Shown here: piece by piece, positions 1 through 9,274 of the stretch
Position numbering within the stretch: position 1 is the first letter of the stretch
Layout of the letters: each line of letters opens with the position of its first letter
Source of the DNA: a virus
Lineage: Duplodnaviria; Caudoviricetes
Virus record (IMG/VR): IMGVR_UViG_3300035661_000284
Location: 1 to 27,121 of that record
Length of the DNA: 27,121 nucleotides
Strand: one strand, 5' to 3'
Translations under genes and position numbers: made by a program
The notes under the pieces: model-generated
What the model was told of the DNA's origin: nothing
What the model saw: the letters and a program-made list of their open reading frames with translations, nothing else
Database searches by the model: none

Positions 1-216
1 CCAAAATAAGCACCACTCCTTTAATGTTGGCTTCCAAATTTCTTCTAAATTAAAATCCTTAGAAATTATACTTTCTCCATTTTCTGAAAAATAACCTATA
101 CTACTATTTTTAAAAAATATTCCAATAACTGGATAATCTTTGTCATCTCTATCTGTACATAAAATTCTTACCAATTCTCCACCACTTGTATATTTCTTTC
201 CCATCTCAACTTTCAT
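1..216 (-). CDS. Hypothetical phage protein, 3' end truncated by window edge (MKVEMGKKYTSGGELVRILCTDRDDKDYPVIG...)
   Basis: Translated by hand: ATG at 216, GAAGGA RBS upstream, open to position 1, promoter at 244-265. Confidence 0.7.
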   Translation of the reverse strand, partial: MKVEMGKKYTSGGELVRILCTDRDDKDYPVIGIFFKNSSIGYFSENGESIISKDFNLEEIWKPTLKEWCLFW

Positions 217-243
217 CTCTTATCCTTCATTTCTTTATATTTT

Positions 244-265
244 ATTATATCACAAAAATACTTAA
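244..265 (-). promoter_or_regulatory. Early (host sigma70) promoter TTAAG-N11-TATAAT with extended TG
   Basis: Minus strand reads TTAAGTATTTTTGTGATATAAT; same motif recurs about 10 times in intergenic positions. Confidence 0.75.
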
Positions 266-285
266 AATATACTTACATAAACATA

Positions 286-804
286 TTAGACGTCTTGATA
301 TTCATCATTTCTACAAATAGCATCAAATACTGTTGGATTATATTCATATCTTTCAAAATCATCAATATCTGAATGACTTGTTCTATATGCATATACATCA
401 TTATCAAAGTTTACAATACATTCAACTGCTTTACCGACACCGGCAGAACGTGACATTCCAGCACGACAATGAATTATAAAACGTTTATCTTTGTTTTTTT
501 CAATGAAGTCTTTGATAGCTTTACCTTGACGTTTTGTTAATGGTTTGTATTCACCAATCTGATATTCAACATCCCAGAATTTTGTTTCAAGTACATCGTG
601 ATAACCTTCTGTAAATTCAGGATTTTCAACGCTCAACCACATTGATTTTTCTTCAGGCTCAGTGATAGAGATAAGAACAAGATCTTTACGCTCATCTTTA
701 GTGATATGTTGTGAAAAATCTTTATATTCTTTCCAACCCATAATTCCATAAAATAAATCATTGTTGATTACTGGTCCACGTTTAAAGTTAAATGAATTAA
801 TCAT
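286..804 (-). CDS. Cys-based protein-tyrosine/dual-specificity phosphatase family protein
   Basis: HCRAGMSRS matches the HCxxGxxRS P-loop; upstream FWD acid loop; ISI motif typical of phage/bacterial PTP-like proteins. Confidence 0.85.
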   Translation of the reverse strand: MINSFNFKRGPVINNDLFYGIMGWKEYKDFSQHITKDERKDLVLISITEPEEKSMWLSVENPEFTEGYHDVLETKFWDVEYQIGEYKPLTKRQGKAIKDFIEKNKDKRFIIHCRAGMSRSAGVGKAVECIVNFDNDVYAYRTSHSDIDDFERYEYNPTVFDAICRNDEYQDV

Positions 805-842
805 ATTGTTTCCTTTGTTTAATAATAATGTTGATTCTGCAA

Positions 843-869
843 AGTAAATCGGTTTTCATTCGATTTACT
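843..869. terminator. Intergenic hairpin (9-bp stem), possible terminator or processing site
   Basis: AGTAAATCG-gttttcatt-CGATTTACT. Confidence 0.4.
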
Positions 870-889
870 GTACATAAATTATTTTAAAT

Positions 890-1030
890 TTAATCTCTTG
901 GACGTTGAACCATTAGTTTATCAAATTTTTTTTGTAATTCTTTTGTATATTCATTTTTTGTATAAACTGATGAAATCTCATCACTTAATCGCTTAAGTTC
1001 ATTAATCCATTTTCTTTGTTCTTCGGTCAT
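890..1030 (-). CDS. Small hypothetical protein, 46 aa (MTEEQRKWINELKRLSDEISSVYTKNEYTKELQKKFDKLMVQRPRD)
   Basis: Hand translation; GAAGGA RBS and promoter at 1059-1079 directly upstream. Confidence 0.65.
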   Translation of the reverse strand: MTEEQRKWINELKRLSDEISSVYTKNEYTKELQKKFDKLMVQRPRD

Positions 1031-1058
1031 ATTTAAATCCTTCTTCTTTCTTTCACAT

Positions 1059-1079
1059 ATTATATCATAAATACCTTAA
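1059..1079 (-). promoter_or_regulatory. Early promoter TTAAG-N10-TATAAT
   Basis: TTAAGGTATTTATGATATAAT on minus strand. Confidence 0.75.
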
Positions 1080-1086
1080 TATAAAA

Positions 1087-2703
1087 TTAAAGATATTTTA
1101 TAGATAGATTTAATTCATTTAGATACATATCTTTTCCTCTAGTTACAAACACCTTACCATCAATACTTCTCAATGCTTTTTCAAATGGTAATTTATTATA
1201 ATTATTTTGGATTAAAAAATCCTTTAAATATCCCTGAAATAATATTCTAGAACCTTTTTTAATCTTTACCTTCTTAGTTTTTACACCTACATATAAATTA
1301 TTATTTAGTTTATATTCATCAGAAGTTATTGTTATTTTTTTGCCATCAGATAATCTAACTACAAAAACTTTATCTATAGTTGAAAATTTATCTCTCTTAA
1401 ATTGACCTTTTCTCCAACCCTCATTATTCTTTAGAAAATCGTCTAATTCATAATCCTTTATATTTTTTTGTTCTTTTGTTGTGTCATTGCATACATAAAT
1501 TAGTTTTCTAGATTGCAATGTTCCTTTTTTATAACCACCTAATTCAAATCCATCATCTATATAATTCTGTAAATCATCTGATGATACGTGTAATTGTTTA
1601 TTACCTTTGTGTATAGTAATCTTATCATTGAACCAATCAACCACTCTACCTTTAGTCCATCCTTCAGAAATATAATTATCTTGTTCAAGAGGATTAATTT
1701 TTTTATTTACTGATCCTTTAAAAACCCATATATAAAAATGCGAGATATTTCTCCCATTGGATAATTCCCATCCATTCTGAAGTAATAATTCAGATGATTT
1801 TATATCTACATTTACTTGTGTGTATGTAGTAAAATTTATTAATGATATATATTCTATATCTTCTTTCGTGATTCCACCTATTTTAAAACTAGGATTATCT
1901 AATAACCAATCATTCAATTCATTTTTTCTAATTCTTTTTTGAACAATACCATCATTTACCAATATAACATTACCTTTTATATTAGTTCCTGCATAAAAGT
2001 CAGGATTTTTATCTAAAAAATTATCAATTTCTTCATTATAGATTGCAACATTAATTAATCCATCAGATACATATCTAACACCTTTGTTTACCCACAACTT
2101 ACCTTCTGTATCTGAATGAATATTATTTCCACGAATGTATCCAGGATTATCAAGGGCAAACTGTTCAAGCTCATAAGGACATGAATAATATAGGGATTTT
2201 GTATCAATGTCATTGGTAAAATATGCAACAGAACATCTATCTTCATTATCATTATCCGAAAGATAATCTTTTATTCTTTTAATATCATCCTTGGTAAAAT
2301 ATGTATCAGTATAAAATTTACCAAATATATTTTTATTATAGAATTTTTTACGCATATTATGATTATTATCAACCCTAAGAACATTATTATTAATTTGTTC
2401 AATTACCTCATGATATGTTAATTCTGATTTTGAATAACATATTCTTATAATTTCACGCATAAATGATTCAGATCCATACAGTTTTACTGCCTCATTAAGA
2501 TCATCTGAACTTCCGTAATATGTTTCCCAATCACTTTTTATAAGTTTTTTCTTTGATTTAAATTTAAATAATTTTTTTCCTATATAGTACATAGGTGATA
2601 TATTATCTTCATTAATATTTAATCTTGTTATTTTATATATAAACCCAATTGATTTTTCTGGTATATCTGATTCTGTAAATTCTTTATTGTTATATATCCA
2701 CAT
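1087..2703 (-). CDS. Free-standing Seg-like GIY-YIG (homing) endonuclease with a tandem array of C-terminal ~35-40 aa modules
   Basis: N-terminal GFIYKIT...YYIGKK, YYGSS, F.REI and catalytic-type Glu (YHE) and FYN; repeated (W/Y)VxxG...IxxxELxxYLxxGWxxG modules; RBS-sequestering hairpin upstream. Confidence 0.8.
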   Translation of the reverse strand: MWIYNNKEFTESDIPEKSIGFIYKITRLNINEDNISPMYYIGKKLFKFKSKKKLIKSDWETYYGSSDDLNEAVKLYGSESFMREIIRICYSKSELTYHEVIEQINNNVLRVDNNHNMRKKFYNKNIFGKFYTDTYFTKDDIKRIKDYLSDNDNEDRCSVAYFTNDIDTKSLYYSCPYELEQFALDNPGYIRGNNIHSDTEGKLWVNKGVRYVSDGLINVAIYNEEIDNFLDKNPDFYAGTNIKGNVILVNDGIVQKRIRKNELNDWLLDNPSFKIGGITKEDIEYISLINFTTYTQVNVDIKSSELLLQNGWELSNGRNISHFYIWVFKGSVNKKINPLEQDNYISEGWTKGRVVDWFNDKITIHKGNKQLHVSSDDLQNYIDDGFELGGYKKGTLQSRKLIYVCNDTTKEQKNIKDYELDDFLKNNEGWRKGQFKRDKFSTIDKVFVVRLSDGKKITITSDEYKLNNNLYVGVKTKKVKIKKGSRILFQGYLKDFLIQNNYNKLPFEKALRSIDGKVFVTRGKDMYLNELNLSIKYL

Positions 2704-2711
2704 TAATATTT

Positions 2712-2752
2712 TTCCTTCGAATAAATGTATTTTAATTATTTATTCGAGGGAA
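2712..2752 (-). promoter_or_regulatory. RBS-sequestering hairpin with embedded late-promoter-like AATAAATA
   Basis: TTCCCTCGAATAAAT-11nt-ATTTATTCGAAGGAA then AAATATTA-ATG; 15-bp stem with one mismatch. Confidence 0.75.
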
Positions 2753-2763
2753 TAGATATTCTA

Positions 2764-5439
2764 TTATAGAAAATATCGGACAAACTTAATATGTTCAGCT
2801 GATAATTCCATTCTTCCGTTACGTGTTTTATAACCAATATTACGTAAGAATGATTTAAATTTTTTATAATTTAATTTTTCATCAATCTCATTTATCTGTT
2901 TATCACTATACCATTTTTCAAGTCGTTTAAGTTTCAATGAATTCAAATACGTGTAAAATGCAATTATTTCTTTGTTCTGTGTTGAGTTAACACTAAATGC
3001 AACAATATTAGATAACTTTTTCTCAATTTCTTCATGAGTTGACATTGCATCACTCAATAATTCAAGTTCTTTAATAAATTTACCATTATTCTTAATATCA
3101 AGTTCAGTTAGTAATATTAGATTATCACGTGAGATTCCTTTTTTCAATCTGGTCTTTACTTTATCAAGTATTAATGCAATTCGTTCATCTTCCGTTAAAT
3201 CAATTGTTTTAGAACGTAACTCATTGATATGTTCATCAGAATAGTCACAATTTTTGTGACGCTCAATCATCATAATTGTATCTTCTTTGACAGATTCTTT
3301 ATGTTTCTTAATCATTGTATAAAAACTGAAACTTGAATCGTTTGTTTCTACCTCATGTGTATTAAAATTGAACTGTTCAGTTAGTAGTATTTTAAATGCA
3401 TTGCTATGATTATTCTCAAATATGTTAAATAATGTTTCAATTTTATTTGAGAATTTACCTAATGAACTTAATTTAAAATCACCATCTTCATCTGTTTCAA
3501 TTAATAATGTGCTTTGTCTACCATTGAAGTAACTTACAATATCATTATTCGACATGATATCAAGATCATCACTATTTGTAGGATTATATTTCTGAGTTTC
3601 TTTTAAGAATGTATGTAATACTGTTGCTAGACGTGATCTTTTAATCATTTGTAATGAACTAATTACATCAGCAGCGTTTCCAGTATCGAAATGAAAATGA
3701 TGTTTTACATTGTTCATATTTGATACACCAACTGTCAATGTTGGGCTATAAAGTAAAATATCCCACCCAAAACCATCTTTATTATCAAATATATCGTATA
3801 TTTTTTTCTTTCGTAATTCTGGAGTTGATGCTGTTAATGTTGCAACATTGTATCCTAATTCTGTTAGTTTTTGTTCCATTGCATTTAAAGCGTTATTAGA
3901 CATTACTGACATTGTTACAGATTCACCTGGTTCACGATTTTTTAATACATTAATAACTGAACTAAAAAACATTTCTCTGTGTTTATAATTGAAATGTGAT
4001 ATTTCATCACGATAATCATTTCTTATATAGAATATAAATTTCTTATCGAATAATATATTTTCATAACCATTAAGAAATGCATCTGCGATTACTACCTTAC
4101 GTGTTCCTTGTAGGATACTCTGAAACTTACTGAGATTAAAATTCTTATTATTTTTACTCAATTCACTTCGTGATTGAAATAATAATGATACAAATTCATC
4201 AAGAATAATAATATCGAAATCTTTTAGTTTATACTTATGTAATGAATCATATTGTACAATTAGATTTTCACCACTTTTCCACATAGATGTGCCTGAATCA
4301 AGATATGTCTTAATATCATACTTTTTACTATAATCAAGTGCAACAGATATACGGTTTGATATAATAAGAATTCTCTCATCACTTCTTTCAATTATTTTAT
4401 CGATTACTAATGATTTACCGGTACCCATAGCAGATTTTATTTTCAATAATGAATTATTTGTCTGAAGAAAATTGTCAATTATATCATTGCATGTATCGAC
4501 GTTAATAAATCTATCATTAATTACAGTTAAGTTATCATATATTGTATCATCAATAATATTGTCTTCTTGTTGTTTTTTAAATAATAACTTAAGATATTCA
4601 CGACCCTCATCAGTTTTTTTAAACTGATTCCATATACTAAAATTTCTTGATTCATTATTATGATACATAACGAATGGTTTATTAATATACATGAAGAAAC
4701 CACCCTTAGATTTCACTTCAGAATGATGTGACCAGTTAATACTTCCATTTTGATTAATGTTTGTTGATACAACAGTATATCCAAGACTCAAGAAGATATT
4801 CATACATTTTTGAATAACATTTGAATTAACAATTATTTGTGTTTGTTGTATTTTTTGTTCTTGACGAGATGGAATATCATTAATTGAAATAAAACTTGTT
4901 CCATCTTCCTGAACATGAATAATCTCATTGTTCCTCGTGGGTGCATGATACGCAACATCGTTCTTTACTGTTTCATCAACTTTACAATAGCCACCTATAT
5001 GATATCTTAAAAAATCATTATGTCGTCTAATATTATCTTCTGTACTATCAACATCAATCTTAAGAAAACCTTTGATATTAAAATTATCAATACCATTAAA
5101 CGATTTAGATTGTGATAATATACAAGTGTAATCTCTTTCTTTGAAAAATTCAATTACTTTATAATAATCATCACTTGATGTTATTTCATCTAGATCTAAT
5201 ACCATTAGTTTATTTGTTACATCACGTAATTTGCTTAAATCATGTTTATCCCTGATAGCAACTAAATCCTCATCAATATTTAGTGAGTTTGAGAGACACC
5301 AATGATTACTCAATGTCTCTGCACATTCCTCTAATGATAAACATAATTTTTTGGTAAATTTGAATGCTCTGTTTCCGTAAGGAGATATGCATAATTTTGA
5401 TTTAAAATCTTTTGCGTTAAATATTGTTATATAATACAA
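2764..5439 (-). CDS. UL9/origin-binding-protein-like SF2 helicase with N-terminal primase-polymerase (AEP)-like region; TTG start
   Basis: KSAMGTGKS (Walker A), IILDEF (Walker B), IADAFL, YSPTLTVGVS, QMIKRSR; N-terminal hhhDLD motif (LMVLDLDE); AAGGA RBS before TTG. Confidence 0.8.
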   Translation of the reverse strand: MYYITIFNAKDFKSKLCISPYGNRAFKFTKKLCLSLEECAETLSNHWCLSNSLNIDEDLVAIRDKHDLSKLRDVTNKLMVLDLDEITSSDDYYKVIEFFKERDYTCILSQSKSFNGIDNFNIKGFLKIDVDSTEDNIRRHNDFLRYHIGGYCKVDETVKNDVAYHAPTRNNEIIHVQEDGTSFISINDIPSRQEQKIQQTQIIVNSNVIQKCMNIFLSLGYTVVSTNINQNGSINWSHHSEVKSKGGFFMYINKPFVMYHNNESRNFSIWNQFKKTDEGREYLKLLFKKQQEDNIIDDTIYDNLTVINDRFINVDTCNDIIDNFLQTNNSLLKIKSAMGTGKSLVIDKIIERSDERILIISNRISVALDYSKKYDIKTYLDSGTSMWKSGENLIVQYDSLHKYKLKDFDIIILDEFVSLLFQSRSELSKNNKNFNLSKFQSILQGTRKVVIADAFLNGYENILFDKKFIFYIRNDYRDEISHFNYKHREMFFSSVINVLKNREPGESVTMSVMSNNALNAMEQKLTELGYNVATLTASTPELRKKKIYDIFDNKDGFGWDILLYSPTLTVGVSNMNNVKHHFHFDTGNAADVISSLQMIKRSRLATVLHTFLKETQKYNPTNSDDLDIMSNNDIVSYFNGRQSTLLIETDEDGDFKLSSLGKFSNKIETLFNIFENNHSNAFKILLTEQFNFNTHEVETNDSSFSFYTMIKKHKESVKEDTIMMIERHKNCDYSDEHINELRSKTIDLTEDERIALILDKVKTRLKKGISRDNLILLTELDIKNNGKFIKELELLSDAMSTHEEIEKKLSNIVAFSVNSTQNKEIIAFYTYLNSLKLKRLEKWYSDKQINEIDEKLNYKKFKSFLRNIGYKTRNGRMELSAEHIKFVRYFL

Positions 5440-5462
5440 ATTTATCCTTTATGAGTTTTTAT

Positions 5463-5484
5463 ATTATAACATAATTTACCTTAG
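5463..5484 (-). promoter_or_regulatory. Early promoter CTAAG-N11-TATAAT
   Basis: CTAAGGTAAATTATGTTATAAT upstream of the helicase gene. Confidence 0.65.
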
Positions 5485-5491
5485 GAAACGA

Positions 5492-6028
5492 TTAACGTTT
5501 CTTTTTAAGTTTTGATCTTTTAACTGCACGGTTGTAAAGTTGTTCTGCTGATTGTCCACTACTGAAATTCTCAGCTGGTAAATATATCGCTTTCATGAAA
5601 TATTCGTTAGGAATAATCATTGTTTTCACTGAAATTCTTGCTTTAATATATAATCTTATTACTGCTTTTAATTTTAAATTAATAATTATGGGAGTAAGTA
5701 TTTTGTAATTAATATTAAGTGGTAATCCTCTTGCAATATTCGTTTTATTAAGTTTAAAAATATAGTTCATAAGTATTTTACGTGCAGGATGTGGTACCCA
5801 ATGAAAATTCAAACCAAGCACGTACAAATTACTTTGTCGTAGTGAAAAAATAAGAGGTGATTTATCATATACTACTTCCTGGTTCTTTGCAATATAACCA
5901 AATGCAACCATATTCCCTGATTTAAATGTCTCACTGCTACGTGCTTTTACATTAGTTTTTAACATTTTTCTAAAATGTGCAAGTGAGTCTTTTGCTCTCG
6001 CTTTGTCTTGAAGTGTTGTTGAAGCCAA
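5492..6028 (-). CDS. gp2: T4 gp2-like DNA end protector protein; TTG start
   Basis: G.M..F.Y.AK....YD..PLI....GLNFHW.P...R..L pattern of gp2 family; late promoter at 6046-6053. Confidence 0.75.
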   Translation of the reverse strand: MASTTLQDKARAKDSLAHFRKMLKTNVKARSSETFKSGNMVAFGYIAKNQEVVYDKSPLIFSLRQSNLYVLGLNFHWVPHPARKILMNYIFKLNKTNIARGLPLNINYKILTPIIINLKLKAVIRLYIKARISVKTMIIPNEYFMKAIYLPAENFSSGQSAEQLYNRAVKRSKLKKKR

Positions 6029-6045
6029 ATGAACTCCTTTTTAAA

Positions 6046-6053
6046 TATTTATA
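6046..6053 (-). promoter_or_regulatory. T4-type late promoter TATAAATA
   Basis: Exact TATAAATA 17 nt upstream of gp2 start. Confidence 0.75.
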
Positions 6054-6093
6054 GAAAATATTCAGTTTCTTTAGTTGGTATTATTGTTGTTTT

Positions 6094-6123
6094 CATAAAT
6101 AATTATAACATAAAACAACTTAA
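6094..6123. promoter_or_regulatory. Overlapping plus-strand late-like promoter (CATAAATA, 6094-6101) and minus-strand early promoter (6102-6123)
   Basis: CATAAATA-ATTATA-acataaaacaa-CTTAA; flanked by 8-bp inverted repeat GTTGTTTT/AAAACAAC. Confidence 0.55.
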
Positions 6124-6141
6124 AAATAGATAAGGAAAGAA

Positions 6142-6798
6142 ATGTATATTACAGTAGACCCATATTACACTATAAACGAATATAATAGAATGTTACAAGC
6201 CCTCGAAAACAATGGAATTGATTATTCACAATGGGTTGATACTAAGATGCCCCATCATTGGTATATAAAAATTGCTGATGCAGATCAACCTAAATTTGTC
6301 GATTTTGATGTTAAACCTATGAGTCAAGAACGATACTTAGTCAGTGCAATTGTCCCGCAACAATCACAAGATGGTTATTTACTTATGAGACGTGAGACTG
6401 ACCCTGCTACATTATATTCAAAATTTATTATGAATGATTACTGGACTGAGGCAATGAATTCTGATTATGTGGTTATATTCAAATATAAAAGCCCTGAAGA
6501 TATTCGTAAGATATCACAAGATGTAGGATGTAAAATTTATCAGATGGGAGTTCATAGATGGAAATTATCAATGGCATTTAATAAGTACGTGAAGGGTTAT
6601 TTAACTGCAGATCAAGTTATATTTGAGAGAACAAAAAAACAGATACAGGAATTTAGTCATGCAGGTGAGTTAGAGGCTGAATTTAATTATAGGGTCCTTC
6701 GAAACACAAAGATTGAAGGAAAAACTATAAAAACAACCTATTGGAATAAAGGAATAAAATATCCAGTTATTCAGGTTTCAGATCCTACTAAGGTTTGA
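6142..6798 (+). CDS. Hypothetical protein
   Basis: 218-aa ORF with AAGGA RBS; no recognised motif. Confidence 0.75.
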   Translation: MYITVDPYYTINEYNRMLQALENNGIDYSQWVDTKMPHHWYIKIADADQPKFVDFDVKPMSQERYLVSAIVPQQSQDGYLLMRRETDPATLYSKFIMNDYWTEAMNSDYVVIFKYKSPEDIRKISQDVGCKIYQMGVHRWKLSMAFNKYVKGYLTADQVIFERTKKQIQEFSHAGELEAEFNYRVLRNTKIEGKTIKTTYWNKGIKYPVIQVSDPTKV

Positions 6799-7108
6799 TA
6801 GTAATAATTATTTTACCTTCAGATTCTTTAACTTTTGCAGGTAAATCCTTTAATGTATCAAGGTATTTTAATGCTTCAGGTACGTCTGTTTTAAATGCCA
6901 ATTCAATTTGTGCATTACCTTTGTCGTCATAAACAATGTTTTTTATTTTATATCCACCAACACGAAGCAATCTTTGAATTTCAAAGATTGGATCAGTTTT
7001 AGGTTTTTCATTCAATGATACTTTTTTAATTCTTTCTCTAACAGCTTTGATTGAAGGTGCAGCACCTTCAATGATAAAATCCTTTAATGCAAATTCAGCA
7101 AAATTCAT
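6788..7108 (-). CDS. Hypothetical late protein, possible internal head protein
   Basis: AAGGA RBS, directly downstream of capsid paralogue; N-terminus MNFAEF..KDFIIE resembles T4 capsid-targeting/gp21-cleavage leader. Confidence 0.65.
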   Translation of the reverse strand: MNFAEFALKDFIIEGAAPSIKAVRERIKKVSLNEKPKTDPIFEIQRLLRVGGYKIKNIVYDDKGNAQIELAFKTDVPEALKYLDTLKDLPAKVKESEGKIIITIKP

Positions 7109-7118
7109 TTATTATTCC

Positions 7119-8075
7119 TTAGAACGCTGAAAGATCAACTGTAAATTTATAAAAGAAATCACTATTTGTACCAGTTTCATCACGATCTGCTGGATTTTTT
7201 GTTAATGCGTATCTGTTATTGACAAATATTTTCATTGTACCATCATGTCCTGATGTTGATTCATATACTTGTGTTACATAAGGTGAGAAAATATATCCTG
7301 CATCACCTGGGTCTTTCCCTTGATGTCCTACGATTACATAATCATCTGTTGCATTGTTATCGATATAAATCTGAAAATTTGCAACAGTTCCAAGGTAGTT
7401 TTTGTGTTCTGTTTTCTCAACTGTATCTGAACCCAATGTTAACATCATACCAATTGATGGTGTACATATTACAAATGGATTAAAGAAACGGTTTGTTTTT
7501 GATAGAATTTCCCCGTAAAGTTTTTGTGCTCTATAGATAATTGAGTGTGTACCACCATCAAAGTCAGAATCTGTCTTAGGAATGAGATGTCCCGCATCTC
7601 CTGCACATGCACGAATATCAGCAATTAATGCACTATTCATATCTTCAATAAGTGTGCTTTTCAACCATGCTGTTAAAAAATCATACCCATTTTCACCAAA
7701 CTGATTAACAAGATCTTGGATAAATTCAATAGTAAAATCTGTTTCTATTTTATGATCTACAGCTGCTACAAAGGTTCTACGTGTTTCTATACCTGAACCA
7801 GGTCCTTCAATAACATTATCATTTGCATCACGTTTACGACCAATTGCAATAATATGACCTTCTGGACCTGTTAATGGTTGTATACTACAAACTTGTCCTG
7901 CAAGCGAAGATGGGTAAACTTCTTTAATAAGTTTTCCAATAATTCTGTCTGTTGGTGAGATATCAGTTGAATCAGTTCCACTCTCATCGATATTATCTTT
8001 AGAGACCTCAATCAATTCAGTCATTTTTGCTTTGATAGAATTTTCAATCACTAAATCTAAAAGTTTTTCATTCAT
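7119..8075 (-). CDS. Short gp23/gp24-family capsid protein paralogue (vertex/minor capsid); likely start 8075
   Basis: VYPSSLAGQVCSIQPLTGPEG, DYVIVG..G..PGDAGYIFSPY and RYAL..NP match T4 gp23 motifs; AAGGA RBS precedes ATG at 8075. Confidence 0.8.
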   Translation of the reverse strand: MNEKLLDLVIENSIKAKMTELIEVSKDNIDESGTDSTDISPTDRIIGKLIKEVYPSSLAGQVCSIQPLTGPEGHIIAIGRKRDANDNVIEGPGSGIETRRTFVAAVDHKIETDFTIEFIQDLVNQFGENGYDFLTAWLKSTLIEDMNSALIADIRACAGDAGHLIPKTDSDFDGGTHSIIYRAQKLYGEILSKTNRFFNPFVICTPSIGMMLTLGSDTVEKTEHKNYLGTVANFQIYIDNNATDDYVIVGHQGKDPGDAGYIFSPYVTQVYESTSGHDGTMKIFVNNRYALTKNPADRDETGTNSDFFYKFTVDLSAF

Positions 8076-8105
8076 ATAATGTTCCTTTAGTTGTTTCATT
8101 TTGAT

Positions 8106-8117
8106 TATTTATAAATA
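8106..8117. promoter_or_regulatory. Bidirectional late promoter (palindromic TATTTATAAATA)
   Basis: TATAAATA on both strands between divergent structural genes. Confidence 0.75.
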
Positions 8118-8133
8118 TTCAAAAAGAGATAAT

Positions 8134-8451
8134 ATGTCACAAACAATACTAGATTCAGTAACACTTATTGGTACAAGCGTTGATGATAATGTTGGAATTA
8201 TTCAAGTAAATGGATGTACAACAATTATGACACCAGATGTTGGTGATAATTCAAAAAAACTTGCAACTCAAGAATTCATTTCTAGATTAGGTTCAGGAGT
8301 AACATTTAGTTATTATACACCAATCAATCCTGATGTTAATCCATTTAATAAAATATGGGTAGAATTAGACCCAGATAAAACAATTAATCAAATCTATTAT
8401 TGGACAAATAATAATTGGGATATTCAACCTATCAATAACGAAGAATGTTAA
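8134..8451 (+). CDS. Small late structural-type protein with tail-fibre-like motif; likely start 8134
   Basis: TPDVGDNSKKLATQEFI resembles the fibre repeat TP..GDNS..IATT.FV; late promoter upstream. Confidence 0.55.
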   Translation: MSQTILDSVTLIGTSVDDNVGIIQVNGCTTIMTPDVGDNSKKLATQEFISRLGSGVTFSYYTPINPDVNPFNKIWVELDPDKTINQIYYWTNNNWDIQPINNEEC

Positions 8452-8472
8452 AACAATATTTAAAGGATCAAT

Positions 8473-8937
8473 ATGGCACCTAAACAAGGATGGTATAAAC
8501 TAAAAAATCAGGAAAAATATATTGTTTCAAAACAATCTATAACAGAAGGAAATGGAATTCGTTATATGAGCTCATGGGAGGAGAGATTCTTCCTATTTTG
8601 TGATATGAATCCAGCAGTTAAAAAATGGAGTTCTGAACCATTTCCTATACCTTATTTTAATGAATTAGATCAGAAAGTGCATAATTATTATGTTGATTTA
8701 TATATGGAATATGAGGATGGTAGTGGAAAAACACGACGTGTTCTTGTAGAAATTAAACCATTAAAAGAGACAATGCCACCTAAAATGCCAGTTAAAAAAA
8801 CTAGTCGTGGGATGATGAATTATGAGAAGGCTATTGCAACGTTCATTATCAATCAAGCTAAATGGAACGCTGCAAAAGAATTTTGTAGTAAAAATGGAAT
8901 TGAGTTTAAGATTATAACTGAAAAAGAATTATTTTAG
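8473..8937 (+). CDS. gp4: T4 gp4-like head completion nuclease (TnsA N-terminal endonuclease family)
   Basis: SSWE..F..FCD.NP.V.KWSSE...IPY, YYVD, VEIKP, NQAKW.AA, F.IITEKEL. Confidence 0.9.
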   Translation: MAPKQGWYKLKNQEKYIVSKQSITEGNGIRYMSSWEERFFLFCDMNPAVKKWSSEPFPIPYFNELDQKVHNYYVDLYMEYEDGSGKTRRVLVEIKPLKETMPPKMPVKKTSRGMMNYEKAIATFIINQAKWNAAKEFCSKNGIEFKIITEKELF

Positions 8938-9147
8938 TTTGTCTTTAGATTTATCAGTTTCATCATCACATCCATCATTAATTAAATGTCCTTCACTACA
9001 TTCAGGACAAATATCTCCTTCAACAAATTCTTCTGTTGTTGTTTCAAAATCACAATTATCACATGCAAGATCACATATTTTTGCAATTTTAACTACTTCT
9101 TTACTAGGGGTGTTTTCATCTTCGAAGATAAATGATTTAAATTTCAT
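8929..9147 (-). CDS. Small acidic Zn-ribbon/rubredoxin-like protein; likely start 9147
   Basis: CDNC...CPEC pair plus two more Cys; AAGG RBS; MKFKSFIFE leader. Confidence 0.6.
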   Translation of the reverse strand: MKFKSFIFEDENTPSKEVVKIAKICDLACDNCDFETTTEEFVEGDICPECSEGHLINDGCDDETDKSKDKLK

Positions 9148-9274
9148 AATTATACCTTTAATCAATTTTTGAAATGTCTTTTATATACATCTAAAAACTC
9201 TTATAATCTTTATTTTTTCTTCTGTATATGTTAAATCTTGTAATGATATTTTATCATTAAGAAATACGCTAAAT

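Noticed and set aside
7119-8075. Calling this the major capsid protein gp23
   Set aside because: At about 318 aa it is much shorter than T4-type gp23 and lacks gp21/gp22 neighbours; more likely a paralogue
9241-9259. Palindrome TAATGATA-TTT-TATCATTA as another Fur box
   Set aside because: Half-site spacing fits neither the 19-bp nor the 7-1-7 consensus and no promoter is adjacent; may be chance in AT-rich DNA or another regulator's site
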